A DNA stretch of 64,000 nt, taken from contig CM082576.2 of assembly GCA_040954595.2 (NCBI GenBank), forward strand, positions 6,885,129 through 6,949,128, written 5' to 3'. The notes below the pieces were generated by a model. It saw nothing but the letters and a program-made list of their open reading frames with translations. It was not told where the DNA came from and did no database searches. This DNA is from Balanoglossus misakiensis. Its lineage: Eukaryota > Animalia > Hemichordata. Below are positions 1-13,200 of this stretch, in pieces. The first letter of the stretch is position 1. Every line of letters starts with the position of its first letter. The translations under genes were made by a program, and so were the position numbers.

Positions 1-150
1 AATGTGTTTGTCCCGTGGAGATGGAGTTATCGCTGTCTGCGTTGAATACTCGACGAGAGTCTGGGCTAAAAGAGTTAATTGACAATAAACCAGAGAGTGG
101 TTAAAAAATGTCATATGTAATTGCTAAAATTGCAATAAATAAATAAAAAG
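1..150 (+). other. Possible 3' end of an upstream gene truncated by the window edge
   Basis: Frames are open from the window start to a stop (e.g. ...KELIDNKPESG*, TAA at 102-104), followed by tandem AATAAA at ~134-147. No family recognised; could be chance. Confidence 0.2.
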
Positions 151-801
151 TAAGAATTCGTCAAATTGAACTTCCTTAATCTGATATAGATATCTCTTTA
201 GTGCATATCCTCAATTTTATGTTCTGCACAACGAAACTTCAAAGTGATGGGCGGGGTCAAAGTTCACTCGTACTTCATTAGCAATTTACTGTCTTGTGCA
301 GACTGAGTCACGGACAGTTATGTTATGACATGGGCGTACTAGAGATGGTTATACCAGCAGTCCATAGAGGGATTGTGGTTATAGCAAATGAAGAAAAGAA
401 CTCTTTGTTTACACAATACACATGGTTTTGTAAATTCGAGCATCCCTGCCTGTCCGTCGATCAGAACGTAAAAACACCTGTTAAAATTGAGGTTCTGTAA
501 CGTATACCCAGACTTTTGTAATAGGATTACCTGTAATGTTCATCAACTCTCTTCTTCCTTGTTATTGGTGGCATGTATAAAGTCATCTTAACAAAATAAA
601 CAACCTCCTCACACGAGGAGACAACAACAGCAGCAAGAACCTGTCTGTCTCTATGTCAGATTTCCACACGCACTTCCGCCATATTTTGTTGACGCGTGTT
701 GCCATAGCTTCCTCTCTAATGTTTAACTTGGGCGGGCGTGCTATTTTTCTTTCGTTTTCCTTCTTGGGCACACGAGGGCGCTTCCATCATTTCATTCCAA
801 G

Positions 802-3183
802 ATGGCGGATCACTTGTCCATGCGGCGAAATGTGGCTTCTCTTTTGAAAGGGATAGACAGGTATATAAGTCCCCTTGTGTCTATATGTTATCCGGCACTA
901 CCTAACTTGTGCACGACTTCGATAAATACATATTGACGGCGTTGAATGTGTGTCGTGAAACTCTGGTCACCGTCGATATGGTAGCCTTGCTTGGAAGCTG
1001 ACAGCAGGCATGGGCAGGCAGCTGCAGATTGCTTGCTGTGGTTCTCCATGCATTAGCCCTATGGAACCACAGCAACCCCATTGATTCATTGACTAGCAGC
1101 ACTCGAACTATTATCATAGTCGATTAGAGCTGCAGTTCAGTAGCTCTAGGAATTTACTCCCTCTGTGATCAACTCAGCAGCAGTTCAGTAGCTGGAGGTT
1201 TTGCCTGATGGATTGTGTCAACTAGTCAAATTTTCAATACATGAACATGTCCAACTGCTGGTATTTTTCTTTGCAGATACAACCCAGAAAATCTTGGAAA
1301 TCTAGAGCGGTATGTAGAAATGCAATCAAAGGAAAATATCTATGACTTGGAAGCCAATTTAGCTGTCTTAAAGCTGTGAGTATACAAAAACTTACCTGAG
1401 GAGTGACGGGTAGGGAGAACAACGATTATCTGCTGAACTGCAATAGGATCAATCATGATGGTCACTCCACAAAATGTGTGCAAGATGACTTGAAAACGTG
1501 TGAATTTGGGTTTTATTTCATCTCAGAAACTGTATTTACATATTGCTTTACATGTTCGTGCTGAGATATCGAAATTCATCTGTAGCAATTGAAGGGGGTT
1601 AACCATTGATTTTGTTCATCTGTTCTGATTTCAGGTACCAGTTCAACCCTGGGTTCTTCCAGTTAAACATATCAACGCAGATTCTACTGAAAGCCCTCAC
1701 AAATCTACCGCACACAGACTTTGTTCTCTGCAAGTGTCTAATTGATGATCTGCATGTATCCTTTGCAATATACTTCACTATCATATCCGTTTAAGCTTGA
1801 TTTTTGCGCAAAGGGCCTGGTAAACTGAACTTGGCATCAGGAAATAAAGAAAGGTAGTGTGACCAAAACACGGAGAGAAAATAAAATGAAATCAATCAGG
1901 GAGAAACCACTGCTGCCAGTACCACTAGTGGCAACACCACCACTCCAAGAATTGATTCTATGTTCATGCTTAAATTTTTCTTGACAAGATAACAGCAACA
2001 AGAAGACCAGATTACCAAAATACTTTATCTGTACGACTTACTAGAAACCTGCCAGTTCAAGAAGTTTTGGGTAAGTTGATCATTAATGAATACACAACAG
2101 CCAAATGCCAAAAACTTGGTCCATAACTTACATGTTTGCCTGTCCATGTATGCAAGTATTTGAAGGCTGACAGATGCCAACTAGACAACTTGGGATGCTA
2201 GGTCTAGTAAGTGACATTTGGCTGTCTTTGCACCAATCAGCAAAGGAGACAGGGAAAGCTGAAGGGGAAGCCTCCATTCACAGCTTCAGCAATATGAAAT
2301 GTGATTGGCTGTTACACTGTTCCTGATATTAGAGTTCAATGTTGTTTTTACTGGTAGAATCGACACGTTGCACAAATGCTTGAAGTTTCATCACGCAATA
2401 TAACAAGACTTAAAACTATTAGTCTCACTGCCAGACTTATAGCCTGCTTGCTATCTGTATCATCATTGTCTTCCTCTCTCATCTTACCATTACAGTCTGA
2501 GATTTCTGAGAACCCTGAGATTATCGTCGGTGTCAGCGGCTTCAAAGATTCCATCAGAAAATGTAAGTTGGATTTACTTTCAAATTTTTCAGAGACTGAG
2601 CATGGAACAAAGGGGTTAATATCGTGTTAGATTTTGAACCACCCCTGAAAAAATCTTTAAATATTTTGAACAAATGCAATAACGGATGTATTGTGCTGGT
2701 CTAACTCAGTGGCATGTCTGACAGCATGACACAGGGTGTGCTAGAATTTCTGAATACAAATCTATACTGTTTTGTCGGAAGCAATACATCAACAAAATTT
2801 CATTTCCTCAGATATATGCCACGTGATCGGCATCACCTACCAGAACATCGACATGGACCTGCTGGCTGAACTCCTGGGTGACCTTTCACAGGATGAACTC
2901 AAGCAATGGATGACCAAATATGGATGGTCGGCAACAGAAGACAACAAGGCGTTTATTGCAAACCAAGAAGAGAGTGTCAAACCCAAGAATATTACAGAGA
3001 AAATTGACTTTGAAAGTAAGTAGATTGGTATTGCCATAAGAACCAGCTCTCCAAAAGTTTGCAGAATATTTTTTTAACATAGTATTCTATGAAGTATATG
3101 ACAAAACCTTTACTGCCCTGATACAGGTTCACTTTTTATTTCGTGCAGGTGTTGCCGGAATCCTTGCAGCTTCGTCACGTTGA
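802..3183 (+). CDS. EIF3K: Eukaryotic translation initiation factor 3 subunit K (219 aa, 7 coding exons)
   Basis: Exons 802-860, 1277-1375, 1635-1755, 1996-2070, 2496-2562, 2812-3015, 3149-3183 (sum 660 nt). They give [26 protein letters not shown]...[17 protein letters not shown]...[21 protein letters not shown]...[13 protein letters not shown]...[23 protein letters not shown], all hallmark eIF3k segments. AATAAA at 3622-3627. Confidence 0.97.
1756..1995 (+). other. U12-type (minor spliceosome) GT-AG intron in EIF3K
   Basis: 5' splice site GTATCCTTTG (U12 consensus RTATCCTT). Branch-like TTTTCTTGAC lies ~10 nt before the 3' AG, with no polypyrimidine tract between them. Confidence 0.85.
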
Positions 3184-4584
3184 AAAGATATAACAGAATT
3201 AGAGAAGTTATTTTATTTTGGTTTCTTGCTCATCACTGAACCCAGGTGTAACTGTTTTAGTCAAGATCAAGTCCAAACGCAGTTTTACCTAGACTCTTTC
3301 AGTGCTAGGGCCGGCACCAGAAAGCATTTCAGATGCAGGAAGTTTACCGGTATATTTCGGAAAAGCAAACATTAACATGTCCGATTCTAATATAATGTAC
3401 AGCCTCAGGACACGAATTTAGTGTGACTGGGAGAGAATGTAACATCAGTGTTCTTTGATTTAACTTTACTAGCTGTTAACTTGTTTTACATTTTTTCAAG
3501 TAGCAAGTCTGTGATATGAACGCTTTAAATTCAATTTCACAACCATTCTTTATTTTGATTGTTAGAAAAGTTCTCCCCCAAAGTTGTTCCTGTGTCTACT
3601 TTGTTGTACATGTATATCAAAAATAAACACTACCGGTACTATGTAACCAAAAAATATGTTTATTGACATCATTCTTCTACTTAGTTAGAAGTAGTTTTCT
3701 AATGAACATCACTGTTTACTGAGCCATTGGCTTGCTCTACAGTACAAAATATTGAAATATTTACAAATAAATATTGCATTTTACTTAAAAATCTGTTTAA
3801 AACTATAGAATGACACATTTGCTTTAATGAACTGGTCCACAAGAGTTGTGAACCTGAAATGAAGGGGTTACGAATGACACTTCGACATTCTGCATTTTCT
3901 TTGAGGCGTTCACGCAAGCTCTCATATTACGTCTCAAAGTATGGAACGGAATTCAGTACATAAACTTTGGCAAGTGTGAATCTACTGTTATACAGCCCAT
4001 GTGAGCCAAGACAGAGCAGTGATGTTAATTAAGCTTGTCTAATTTCAATCAATGGAAGGAAACAATCCGCACCATGCAAACCAGTTCTGTTGTACACAAC
4101 TGCTTTTGGCAAATTTCTTCTTGCACACAGAGAGCAATGGCTTCATCACACATCTGCAAAACCACACTGCATAGAACTTTAGGAAACAAATACAATGGTC
4201 AATCCTTTGGCCGAAAACTGTCTTAGATGCAGAACAATGTCCTCAGTGTCCGTGTCACAGCTGATAATTTGAAATAGAAGATGTCCCACCACTAGTGCCT
4301 TTTTTTTCTAAGCGTAATCAGATCAGCTCTGCTAGTAGTACATTCAGTCTTCAGAAAATCATAAAGAATTTACAATGGGTTTTTTGACTTATAAAAACCC
4401 TGTGCTTTCTAAATAGGAGATCTTATTAGTTACCAACGGTGTTTATCTGACCATCATAAAAAGTAAAAATTAATTTATGTAAAGTGACCAAAGCTATCTG
4501 GATTTTGAAGGCCACATTCTGATTGAGATCATAGACAAAAATTTATTTACAAATGAAAGTTCTGTACAGTGTAGATGGACATCC

Positions 4585-6765
4585 TCATCTCAAAATAACA
4601 AACTCTTGATGTTCTAACTCTGTGACGACACGTTCGTTCTTGAATTCTGCCCTGGATATTTTAGACCTTGGACTACCTTCTGTTCTCAGCCACTGTTTCC
4701 TGCAGAGATATCAAAACGGAGAAAAGAGTTAAAATCGTGCGCTAATTCCAGGGAGAATTTGCTTGCAACACGCCACAACGCAATTGCATGCATGAAAGAC
4801 ATGAGGGGTCTCGTACAGGGGTTGTGCTGTCACATCCTACACAGCACTGTCCAATTTTGCACAACACACCTAATAATGTTCAGGCTACCTTTCAGCAGTT
4901 TACCTAAAAAGATGGACGCTTAACGAAAGCTACCAGCCAGACTTGACTTCAAAGGTGGAATAATCTACATTGGCAATGGCCTTTTCATTTCTGAATTCGG
5001 CCTTTTCAATTCTTGACATGGGACTACCATCACGTAGCAACCAAACTTGCCTGGTGGCGAAGCAAAGGTTGGTGGGGAAAAGTGGAGAAAGAGAGAAGCA
5101 ATGAAATGATAGAATCTGAATTTCAATCTTGAGGAAAGACCGTATAAATGACCAAAACAGTTCTTACACCCATGGTACGGTGGGGTCCTTGATGTGCATA
5201 TGTCTGCATGAATTGAGTATATGCAATGCATTCTAAACAAAATTGCAAAATAAAGACGCCCTTGTATCATGACAGATATATTGTACATAAAACAGAAGTG
5301 TAACGTGGTGAAATGACAAATGTTTTGTTCCTCACAGAAAGGCTCAAAACTCCAAAGACTTGTTTTCACACCTATTCAATTGACAAGTACTTATCAGTAA
5401 GAGAGAGGATAGATTACAGGTGCTCAAAATTTCTCCATCAGACTGAAAGTGAAAAGGACAGGTAAACTTGGATATATAACAGAAATAAAATACTAACATG
5501 CTTCTAATCTTGTCTGCACGACCTTGCATTTGACCTTGTACTGTACCCTTTGTGGTATTCTCCACCCATCCTACAAGTCCAAACTTCTTGGCATTCTTCC
5601 GAGTGTACTGAAAATGCAAAAGATTCAACAGTGCATAGAGTACAGGTAGTTTGAGTATGTGCTGTTTTTCATTTTAATTGCAATTCATCAATGAATTGGC
5701 TGAAGTTGCATTGATCCACCTCTTACAAGCTCATCAGAATCTGTCTCAAAGCACTTGGCACATTTGCAGATGATTTGCTGACTGATCAAACCATAGACGC
5801 TCAAGAAAACCAAACCAAACTACACAAACTGAAGGACTGTAAACAGTGAATGATTATCAAATCAATCCTATCAATTTGTCAACCACTTGGAGAGTGTTTG
5901 TTGTGGACAGATTACAGCATGCACACCAGTCTACACGATTCTAACAAGTTTGTTTATCATGATTCCGTTCATGATTATAACTGTGATAAAATCAAATATT
6001 AGAATTATTTGGTAGAAAACCTCTCGTAAAAAAAGACTTGAGCTTATTTAAGAGCAACATGTGTATGCCAATGAAGTTCAACTTATACTGTTTTATACAT
6101 ACCTTTCTGAAAAACACACCTGGTGAGGAAAAATAGACCAAGACGGTGTAATCATTCATATGAAAAGTTAAATATGAATCACTGATAAATTGAAAGCATT
6201 GATCCTGGAGTGCCAAAATTTACTTTTCCAAGCCTGTGTCGCAACTATGACCATGGCAAATAAGTAATAAAAAGGTTAGTAGAAAGTCAAAACACCGGTT
6301 GGTGTGTGAGTACATAATGTTTGTAAACACAAATACATGTACATGTGGTAGCTGATTGGTTATCAGGGCTTTGCTATGATGTATATTTCAATTTATTCAC
6401 ACCGAGTTTCCATGCTCGAAGTGTCTAACAACGTGTGTAGATAGATTTCACACAGACAGATGAGGACTTTACAAATTGCGCAAGAAGAAAAATAATATGA
6501 CTATCAATTTTTACTACTCATTAGTTCTCACGTACGATATCGTCTGTGCACTGAGTTCAGTGGTTCACGCGCAACCGAGCGTCCGGTTGTTGTCATTAGT
6601 TACACATGCATATTTTACCGGCGGCCGATCCCGCAAAAGCCCAACAGTGATACTCGCAAGTAACCCACCTTGCACCTTGCCAAACACCTCGAAATCAACG
6701 GACATAAGTGTTGCCCCAGCACCCTTAGCAGCCCCGACTACCGTTCGCGCTGCACTCGACGCCAT
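4585..6765 (-). CDS. ACYP: Acylphosphatase (ACYP1/2 family, ~112 aa, 4 coding exons)
   Basis: Exons 6765-6669, 6119-6103 (17 nt), 5607-5498, 4699-4585 (sum 339 nt). Protein ...[46 protein letters not shown]...[14 protein letters not shown]... has the QGVxFR loop and GWVxN motif. Start is ambiguous: another in-frame ATG at 6807. Confidence 0.95.
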
Positions 6766-6807
6766 CGCCCTATCCTTCGCGTTCCGATCGGCGTTCGCTA
6801 TGTACAT

Positions 6808-7224
6808 GTACTTGGTAACCTATGTGATCTCGTCCATATATTGATTCGGGGTGAGCAACTTTTTAGCTATTTGCGTGTTATAGATTCGTACGATTAATTT
6901 GCAATAAAAGTAATGAAAGTCAACGCATTTCTATAGTTTTAAACATAACTCAAATTTAAAGAGTAAATTATGCTAGAAAAGGAAACGACGAATGTTTTCA
7001 CATGTCTTGTCATTTCAAACGTACCTACGAAAGAAATAGTTGCTTCCCTGTAAACTTTCGTCCCTTTGACATCTGACCTCAGCGAAAACGAGGCGTCTCG
7101 AATAAACATGGCGGCGTATAGCGATGTGTGATGTGTTGGTGAGTCAGCTTTAGTCTACGTATATATAAGCCGGCAGTACACAATCTAATCAGACGCTCCG
7201 GACGACGATATCTGTGCATTCACA
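6808..7224. promoter_or_regulatory. Bidirectional promoter region between acylphosphatase and PSME4
   Basis: Divergent start codons are ~420-460 bp apart. Contains YY1-like AACATGGCGGC (7105-7115) and ARE-like GTGAGTCAGC (7139-7148). Confidence 0.7.
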
Positions 7225-10200
7225 ATGGACGACCGTGAGGCAGACCTTGGGTTTTCACCCCAGAAAGAAATTACCTACAACACATTGCTACCGTATGCCG
7301 ATAAAATAGATGAAGACTCTAACAGATTGCTTGCTGACATCAAAGCTAATTTGGGTCGAGCTGTACAACTTCGTGAGCTGAGACCAGGAGTTGTCCACTG
7401 GACCAGTCGACTATCGATGTGAGTATTTGTTTGGTTTCTCGCCCGATGTTGTATGTAGAATATCATCAGGCGGGGATCTCTATTATTACGAGCAGTATAT
7501 TTGCACGGAAATTGTCACAGGATCCTTCGGCATGCATCATGTCGATTTCAAGATATACACACGTAATAATTCAAAAGTGGTATCACCCGAATAATATCAG
7601 AACAGAGAAAGCAGCATGCGTTGTTTCCATTGACTATTTGTTGATGTCTTCTCGTCCTTTTATTGTTGAAATTGGACGCATTCTTTATTTTGCAAAAGTA
7701 AAAACAAACATGCCATCACAGCTTGCGCGCCACTCCTTATCAAGCAACCTTGAACTTGAACTTGGGTAGTTTTATACACTTCAGTCTCGTGAGTCTTCGT
7801 AAAGCAAAGTGCACATGCCTTTCTTTGTACAAACCATTTCATAGTCATCTGGAATACATGTAGTATTACTTTAGGGGCATAAATGTGAAAGGAACATAAA
7901 ATATGGTAATATTGTATAATTTTACCAAATATGACCATTATCAGAAATACAAAAATTGATGCACTTAATACTTAATATTTCTACAAAATGCAAATTTAGC
8001 AAAGTTGTGCACATATCTCTTCATGGGCCATAGTGAAACTCACTCTGAGGAGTGAAAGAAGAGAATATTTGTTGCCTATCTACAGAATTTCACTTTTCAT
8101 AATATTCATTTCATTCTTTAAAAAAAGTAAAGATAGTTTAATGTACTTAGTTCATTCCATGTTAAGACTTGTCATGGAATGAACAAAGATCATTAAAATT
8201 TCGTCTTTTTTAAAGACTGAAATGATTTTTTATGGAAGACAGCAATGATGTCAGCAGAATTGATGGTAGCCATATCAGATCGTGAGCTGACATCATCATC
8301 TGAAATGACTCCCTAGTCAAACAAAGCAAGATTCGGTGGTGGGAGTTAACCAGATTGTCAAAGTCCAAGGAAAGGGTTTCCAAGCCTGAAAGTATTAGTT
8401 CAATTTGTGTGAAGGGTTGGGAAAGTCATCGTTAGTCAGTGATTGTGAAATGCTTGAAATGATTGTAAAAGCAATATCCTTATAGCTCATCGTATTTAAA
8501 AGCAAGGCAAAACATTACTTTCCTAAACTTTGTAGACATGTTTGTTTTGACCTTAGACCGGTGCACTCTAATATTTCTGTATCAGTATTTGAGTATAAAG
8601 GAAGTAGTTTAAAGGATTATCAGGTCAAGTTCAAATTCATGTTATTTGTTAAGTATTTACTTGTTTGTTTGTTTGTTTATTTATGTCAAGGAAGACCAAC
8701 AAGAACAAGTCTCATGAACAGGCTCCATAGAAAATTTATATAAAATTTACGATGTAGAAACTAAAAGCAATAAATAAAGAAAAGCAAATATGTAAAATTG
8801 ATGAAATTGAACTTAGACCTTTTACCTCCCCACGCAGGTACATTCGACTGTACGGCCGCAAATTTTCCAAGGAAGACCATGTCCTGCTGATCAAGTTGAT
8901 GTATGAACTGCTCACTATCCCAGACCTGGAGTTCAAACTTGTACAAAAGTTTGCACACGTTCTGATCACTCTGTTGAAGTAAGTAGTTATTTGGTTCCCA
9001 TTCAGTTCATCATTTAATGATCAAAGTTTATCATGATCATTTTGTGGTGTCAATGCATCTGACTGATTCACCGGGTGGAGATACTTGATTAAATTGAGGT
9101 CAATGTATGTACCTTGCTCTCATCATGAAAAACATGGTCAGAGTGAAGTTGTTTTGTTGTCACTAAGTGCCGGATCAAATGACGAAACCCGTCTTTATTC
9201 TGGTCATTCTCTGAGGGCATTGTAAATTATCAAATTGTTTATTTTTTATGAACGCAGGAAGAAAGAGTTGCTGTCCCGAGATGACCTGGTTTTACAATGG
9301 CGACCACTGTATGAAGTCGTGGAGAGAGTGTATTATTCCCGCTACGAACCTTTAGGCTTAGAATGGCTGCCGCAGTAAGTCCAGACTTTTTTTGATGGCT
9401 GAAATATTTGGAAAAATAATTTTGTGTTCATATCGTTGTCTGTTTGACATCCAGGTTAATGCTACCTGTTGTCAACAGTAATAGTGATGTTCCCCTCACA
9501 CATGTACATACAGTGTTGACAGGCCGATTGCTCAACATTTTAACATGTATTTATTTATTTATTTCAGCACCATTGACAACGTCTTGAAGACCTTGATCAA
9601 GTTTGCGAGAGTGTAAGTGAAATGACAATTACACATTTGAAACAGCATAACCTTGAACTCTCTGAGTCAAGTTTAAGTACACCTGACAGTATAAAGGTAC
9701 AAGGTTATAATGGTGATATCATGAGGTTAGGCAGTTTCAGACCTTTTACACGCTTCTTTTCAAGTATAATTTTGTATGTATCGCAATACTGCAGACAGTG
9801 CAGTCTTTCAGGGTACAAAGTTGAACAGTCAAAGGTCACCCCAGTTAGATATGGCTAGTTCTGTGTAATTTTTTGCAAGAGAAATATGTAAGCAATAAGT
9901 GAAATGTTTGTTTTCATTGACAGGTATTTTCCCGTGGAATCCACCCAGGAAATGTTGGATGAGTGGCGGCCATTGCTGTGTCCGTTTGACGAGACCATGG
10001 CGAAAGGAATCACCTATTTAGAAATGTTTTTGCCCACACTACTACCACCAGAACACCACGAGAAGGGATTTAAGTGAGTCTATAGACTTGTAGGAAACTC
10101 ACCCTTGTTTTATTATTGAAGAAATAAAATGTGACAAGAAGATGAAATTATTGTAGGTCACAGCCATGGAGACATATCAATAATGAAAAGATGACAATAA

Positions 10201-13200
10201 TAAAAGAAAATAATGAAAAGCAACAGAAAATCTGAGTTGAGAAATAGCCAGGTGAAGTGAACACTCTACCTGCCACCATTCTTGTTGTCCCTGCAGGAAA
10301 TGAAATAATGTGTGTAACTATTTTAAGCCATGATATCTCGGTTTCTGTTTGCTATTTTCAGGTTGTGGCTGCAGGAACTTCTAGATTTGTGGGATGCGGC
10401 ACACTGCACGCCTACATGGGAAGTGGTGAGAGAATATTCTTTTAATTGCGTTGTTGTGAAAAATCAAATGTTGACATTTCAGTATAAATTGAGTGTGTTT
10501 TACAGATCTTAAAATAGACTGTTAAATAGTTGAATAATTATATAGTTGGAAATTTAACTGAGAATTCATTGTATTATTCTATTTGTGGGTGACCATTTCA
10601 GATCCTTGTGGAACTGTTTGCAAGAGTCACAAACGACAACATTGGATACATTGACTGGAAACCTTACATTCCAAAGGTAATTTGTTAATTATTTTTCATG
10701 AATTTGTTTCATTTGTGTGTCAACTATAGTGTCACCATTTTACATCTGATTGGCTCTTTCCCAAGCTATTTGCTGTCATTGTAATGGATATGAAATCTTG
10801 CCTGTTTCCCTTGAAGTGGAAATTGTAGAATTCTGTCTGTTGCACCAATTATGAAATTCTAAAACTCTAAAACAAACTATATATGCAAAATAAATTTGTT
10901 TGCATGTGAAAAGTAATCATGTGAAATTCATGTACATGCACACCAATTATTCCTTCAATTTTACAACACATTTCTTATTTTCATTTCCCAGATATTTACT
11001 AGGATATTACGGGGTTTCAATTTGCCGGTCGGTAGCAAGAAAGTGCAAGTTGGCAGGGCTGGATCTGGCTACGAAATACCAAGCGTCTGTGTGTGGATAG
11101 TCGCAATGATGGTATGTGCTTGTGGTTAAAAATGAGGCCAAATTCCTGTTTCTGTAGGTGTAAGGTGTGTTTGTACAGATGTGTGAAACAATATCACAAT
11201 GAAGTTTGAAACTGTGTCAAAACGAAACTGTTCCAGAGTTTCCATCATGTCACTGGTGGAAATGATGGCTCTGTGATGTGACTGACTGATGATTACTTGA
11301 GACTGATAGAGTTGAACTTTCGTTGTGTAAAATTTATTCTTCAGAAAGTGAATGGCCAATAGCGTAGCACAGCCAATCAGGGAATGTAAAATAATTCAAG
11401 CTCTTGTTAATTTGCAGGGACCTGATGGTATATGTGAACAGCATTTACAACAATTCTTCAGGGCATTAGAATCCTACTATCATCCATCAAATATGGGCAA
11501 ATTTACTGTGAGTATATCCCTTATGTTCCCCCCCCCCCCCATGTGTCAACTGTGCATGCCACATGAAAAAAAAAACTACATCTAGGAGTGGCATCCTATG
11601 GCCTCTTATTTTCAAAAATATGAGCAGGGCATTGAACGAATAGTTTCAGTGACAATCTGTGTTCTGTTTGTTTCCATAGCTGAAGCTTCAAAAGCTCATA
11701 CAGAAATTGCCAACCACATTCGTCAAAAGAATTCACAGGTGAGTGGTGAATAAACTGACTCAGAGAGAATATTTTAGAAATCATCGAATTGACTCAAATC
11801 TTTTAAAAATTATGTTTGTAAGGGGGCACACTGATCATATAAAAGCAGGACATATAGAAGTCGTTTGGAATGTGAGATTTTAGAAATATTCCATGTGACC
11901 TCTGAAGGCAGCCATTTTTTTTATTTCTAGGGAGAGATACAAGAAACCCACGTGGGTTCATCCGATCAAGAAAGAATGCCATTTGACTGATGCGAATGTT
12001 ACGACATTCATAGAGTGTTTGAAACCGTCTGTCTTTCTCGCCATATTCTGTAAGACGGGTCACATGGAGGCGGCCGCAGCCATACAGCACCTGGCTTGTC
12101 TGAGACCAGAGCTGATAATGCCATTGCTCCTTGAAAAGTAAGCCATTTAGATGTATAGGTATATGTGTGTGTGTGTGTACTGTCATCAAAATTAGTTGAA
12201 CCCTTTTACATGTACCACCATGTTTTCAACTCATTGTACCGACTAACTTATGTTAGCTGTGTCTACCCTTATCTAGAGAATTTTCCATTGCAATGCAAGA
12301 AATATTCAATCGATGTGTGGTGGCGTATTTTTCTTCAGGACATACACAGCACTGCAGAGTCTCACAGAACCACATCAGCTGATAGCCACCTTGAGTTGCA
12401 TCGTGTCTGTCTCCAAGACGCTCCTGAAAGGTGGCAAGTGGCTGCCTGATGGTCCGACCCACCTGATGCCATTGTTACAACTGGTGCTGCCTGGTATTGA
12501 TCCAAATGATATTGGAAAGTCTATGGTAAGTCGTGGGGTTTTGTTGTCTTTTAATACCACACCAAAATGTTCTGTTGCTGTTACCGATAACACAGATAGT
12601 GCTGTGGTTATTGTAAAATGAAAATCCTAATTATCTTTCCACCTTCAGGTAACTTTCCAAGTTGTGTCCACATTTGTGTCCATGGTACCACTGGTTGACT
12701 GCTCGGAAGCGGTGTTTGTCAGAGACGACTTGACGGACATCGAGAAAGAAGTCTGCTCGGCCACTGCAGGGTTTGAAGATTTCATCCTGGTATTCATGGA
12801 CAGGTACGGTTAAACCATGCATTGCTTTTCTTGTAGCACGTAAAGTTTATACTGCATTTCCATCGCAGTTCAGTACTTAGTGTACATTTCTAGTTCGCAC
12901 CCGTCAGTGTTGTCACCATCAGGATACCAATATTTCAATAAAAAATATGTAGCCATAACATACATGTTGTATATTGAAAAAGATGATCTACAACTGTATA
13001 TGCGTGACTTTCATTAACCCGACATCATCTGACTTCATCTCATTGTAGGTGTTTCTCACTCATAGAGAGTAGCAATCCAGACCCAGCAACTAGACACCAC
13101 ATAGAAACACCCAAAAATCAACTAGAAAGTGTTTTAGAGATAGCGTTGTCATCAACATTCAGTTCTTTATTGACACAGAGTTCATCTAAGCTCAATCAGG

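Noticed and set aside
1455-1567. Possible C/D snoRNA in EIF3K intron 2 (ATGATGG...CTGA)
   Set aside because: C box is mismatched, the terminal stem is minimal and no guide complementarity was recognised.
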